A DNA stretch of 64,000 bases from Podarcis cretensis. Taxonomy: Eukaryota. The stretch lies in NCBI GenBank assembly GCA_951804945.1, contig OX638150.1:66340001-66404000 (forward strand). The letters run 5' to 3'. The translations under genes were made by a program, and so were the position numbers. Shown here one piece after another: positions 62,470 through 64,000 of this stretch; the first letter of the stretch is position 1; every line of letters starts with the position of its first letter. The notes under the pieces are model-generated. The model ran no database searches, was not told the origin of the DNA, and saw nothing but the letters and a program-made list of their open reading frames with translations.

Positions 62470-63407
62470 TAAGAAACCAGAGGCTTTTCTCTTGGGCATG
62501 GTTGGCCAAGTGGTGTTAAGGAAGGATAGGATTTTCTTTATGTATGCCACTACAGCAGCAAGAATTCTACTGGCAAAGTATTGGAAGATGCAAGAACTAC
62601 CTACTCTGGAAGAATGGCAAACAAAGGTGATCGACTTTATGGGACTGGCCGAGATGACGGGCAGAATCCGTGACCAGGGGAAAGAGACAGTGGAAGAGGA
62701 CTGGAAGAAATTTAAAATATATCTTAAAAACAATTGTAAAATTGAGGAATGTTAAGATGTCAGGGGGTAAGAGGTAAAGAATTGCAGCAGTAATCAAAAA
62801 AACTAAAGGAAACTTTATGAAAGGGAATTAAGACAATGGACCTAAAGGTAAAGGTAAAGGTACCCCTGCCCGTACGGGCCAGTCTTGACAGACTCTGGGG
62901 TTGTGCGCCCATCTCACTCAAGAGGCCAGGGGCCAGCGCTGTCCGGAGACACTTCCGGGTCACGTGGCCAGCGTGACATCGCTGCTCTGGCGAGCCAGAG
63001 CCGCACACGGAAACGCCGTTTACCTTCCCGCTGGTAAGCGGTCCCTATTTATCTACTTGCACCGGGGGGTGCTTTCGAACTGCTAGGTTGGCAGGCGCTG
63101 GGACCGAGCAGCGGGAGCGCACCCCGCTGCGGGGATTCGAACCGCCGACCTTTCGATCGGCAAGCCCTAGGCGCTGAGGCTTTTACCCACAGCGCCACCC
63201 ACGTCCCATAAAGGAAACTTTATGAAAGGGAATTAAGACAATGGACCTAAGGGTTGCTAAAGAACCATTAAACAAGGATGCAGGGATGGGGAGGTATGGG
63301 GAAGTCAAAAGAAAGAAGGGTATGAAATGATGATTTTGAAGCTATATTGTTCTATATTGTTTTTATTATCTGTCTGAAAAACGAATAAAAATTATTAAAA
63401 AAAAAAA
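62470..63407 (+). mobile_element. 5'-truncated L1-clade LINE (ORF2 C-terminus, 3'UTR, poly-A)
   Basis: PEAFLLG...AARILLAKYWK...PTLEEW...WKKF. AATAAA followed by an A tail. 18-bp TSD agaaattttaaggatccc at 62452-62469 and 63408-63425. Confidence 0.88.
62846..63208 (-). mobile_element. Full-length Squam1 SINE (same variant as 47011), inside an L1 3'UTR
   Basis: Near-identical to 47011-47370. Flanked by a 42-bp direct repeat at 62804-62845 and 63209-63250. Confidence 0.95.
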
Positions 63408-63624
63408 AGAAATTTTAAGGATCCCAACTAATTAGGAAACAGCCTTTCTTGATTAACGTATCTATATTCCTTCCATAAGATTTCTGAAACAAAAGGGCCT
63501 GATTACAAACCTAAACCTGTCTTATTTTATCCTTCTCAAATAGTTAAGTGTTCCCACTTTCTAGATCCATAGCTGTTTGCTGCTTAACAGAAGATTTATA
63601 TGTCACTGAAAAAGTATTTTCCAT

Positions 63625-64000
63625 TGTGGTTCGAGGACCCGACCCCTGCGAAGTGAAATGAAGACACAGGGACACGTGATATAAGGTTAATGGGCTAGAA
63701 AAGGCCACAACTTTATTGATTACAGCAATGCAAAGGTATTGGTTTAGGCATTGGATCGCGAAACAAGTGGGTTTATTCACCAGGGGTTAATCACCTGTTG
63801 ATGCTAATCCAACTATAGGCTCACCCCTGATGTCACCGAGGGTCGTGCCATGGCATCCCGCCAAGCAGGCTTCGGACGGAATACACGACTGCCAGATTCC
63901 ATTAACGGAATACCCCTAGAAATTGAAGGCATAGGCGATGGCCACACCTAGCACTTCGACACACCACAACACATTATTCCAATGCCTAACCTACCCACCA
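63625..64000 (-). mobile_element. Probable LTR running off the window end
   Basis: ggccacaactttattgat is the reverse complement of the AATAAAGTTGTGGCC motif at ~52306. CpG-rich, TG boundary at 63625. Confidence 0.5.

Noticed and set aside
1-64000. Host protein-coding gene
   Set aside because: No ORF or exon with recognisable non-transposon homology. Short exons could be missed without alignment or RNA data.

Overview
Eukaryotic DNA, almost certainly from a squamate (lacertid-lizard-like) genome: it carries Sauria/Squam1, Squam2 and Squam3(POM)-type SINEs, BovB, CR1, L2 and L1. It is an intronic or intergenic stretch with one 180-N gap, and I can support no host protein-coding exon. Nearly all ORF-track entries are noise or repeat-derived. 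The main feature is a complete, very young Ty3/Gypsy (Mag-like) LTR retrotransposon on the minus strand (28325-33277). It has identical 370-bp LTRs, a GTGGC target-site duplication (TSD), a tRNA-Ser primer-binding site (PBS), a polypurine tract (PPT), and a gag-pol broken only by one extra A in a homopolymer. Other notable structure: (i) a CR1 3' end split by this Gypsy element and by a hAT MITE that itself contains an ERV-like solo LTR; (ii) a 5'-truncated L2 inside a Squam1 SINE, giving a 555-aa chimeric ORF with three in-frame deletions; (iii) a three-level SINE < hAT < 9-bp-TSD MITE nest; (iv) a Squam1 with a 42-bp TSD inside an L1 3'UTR; (v) a near-perfect 73-bp inverted repeat. I see no convincing evidence of a wholly new biological system; the interest lies in transposon biology. 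Family names come from recalled motifs and consensus sequences, not from database searches.
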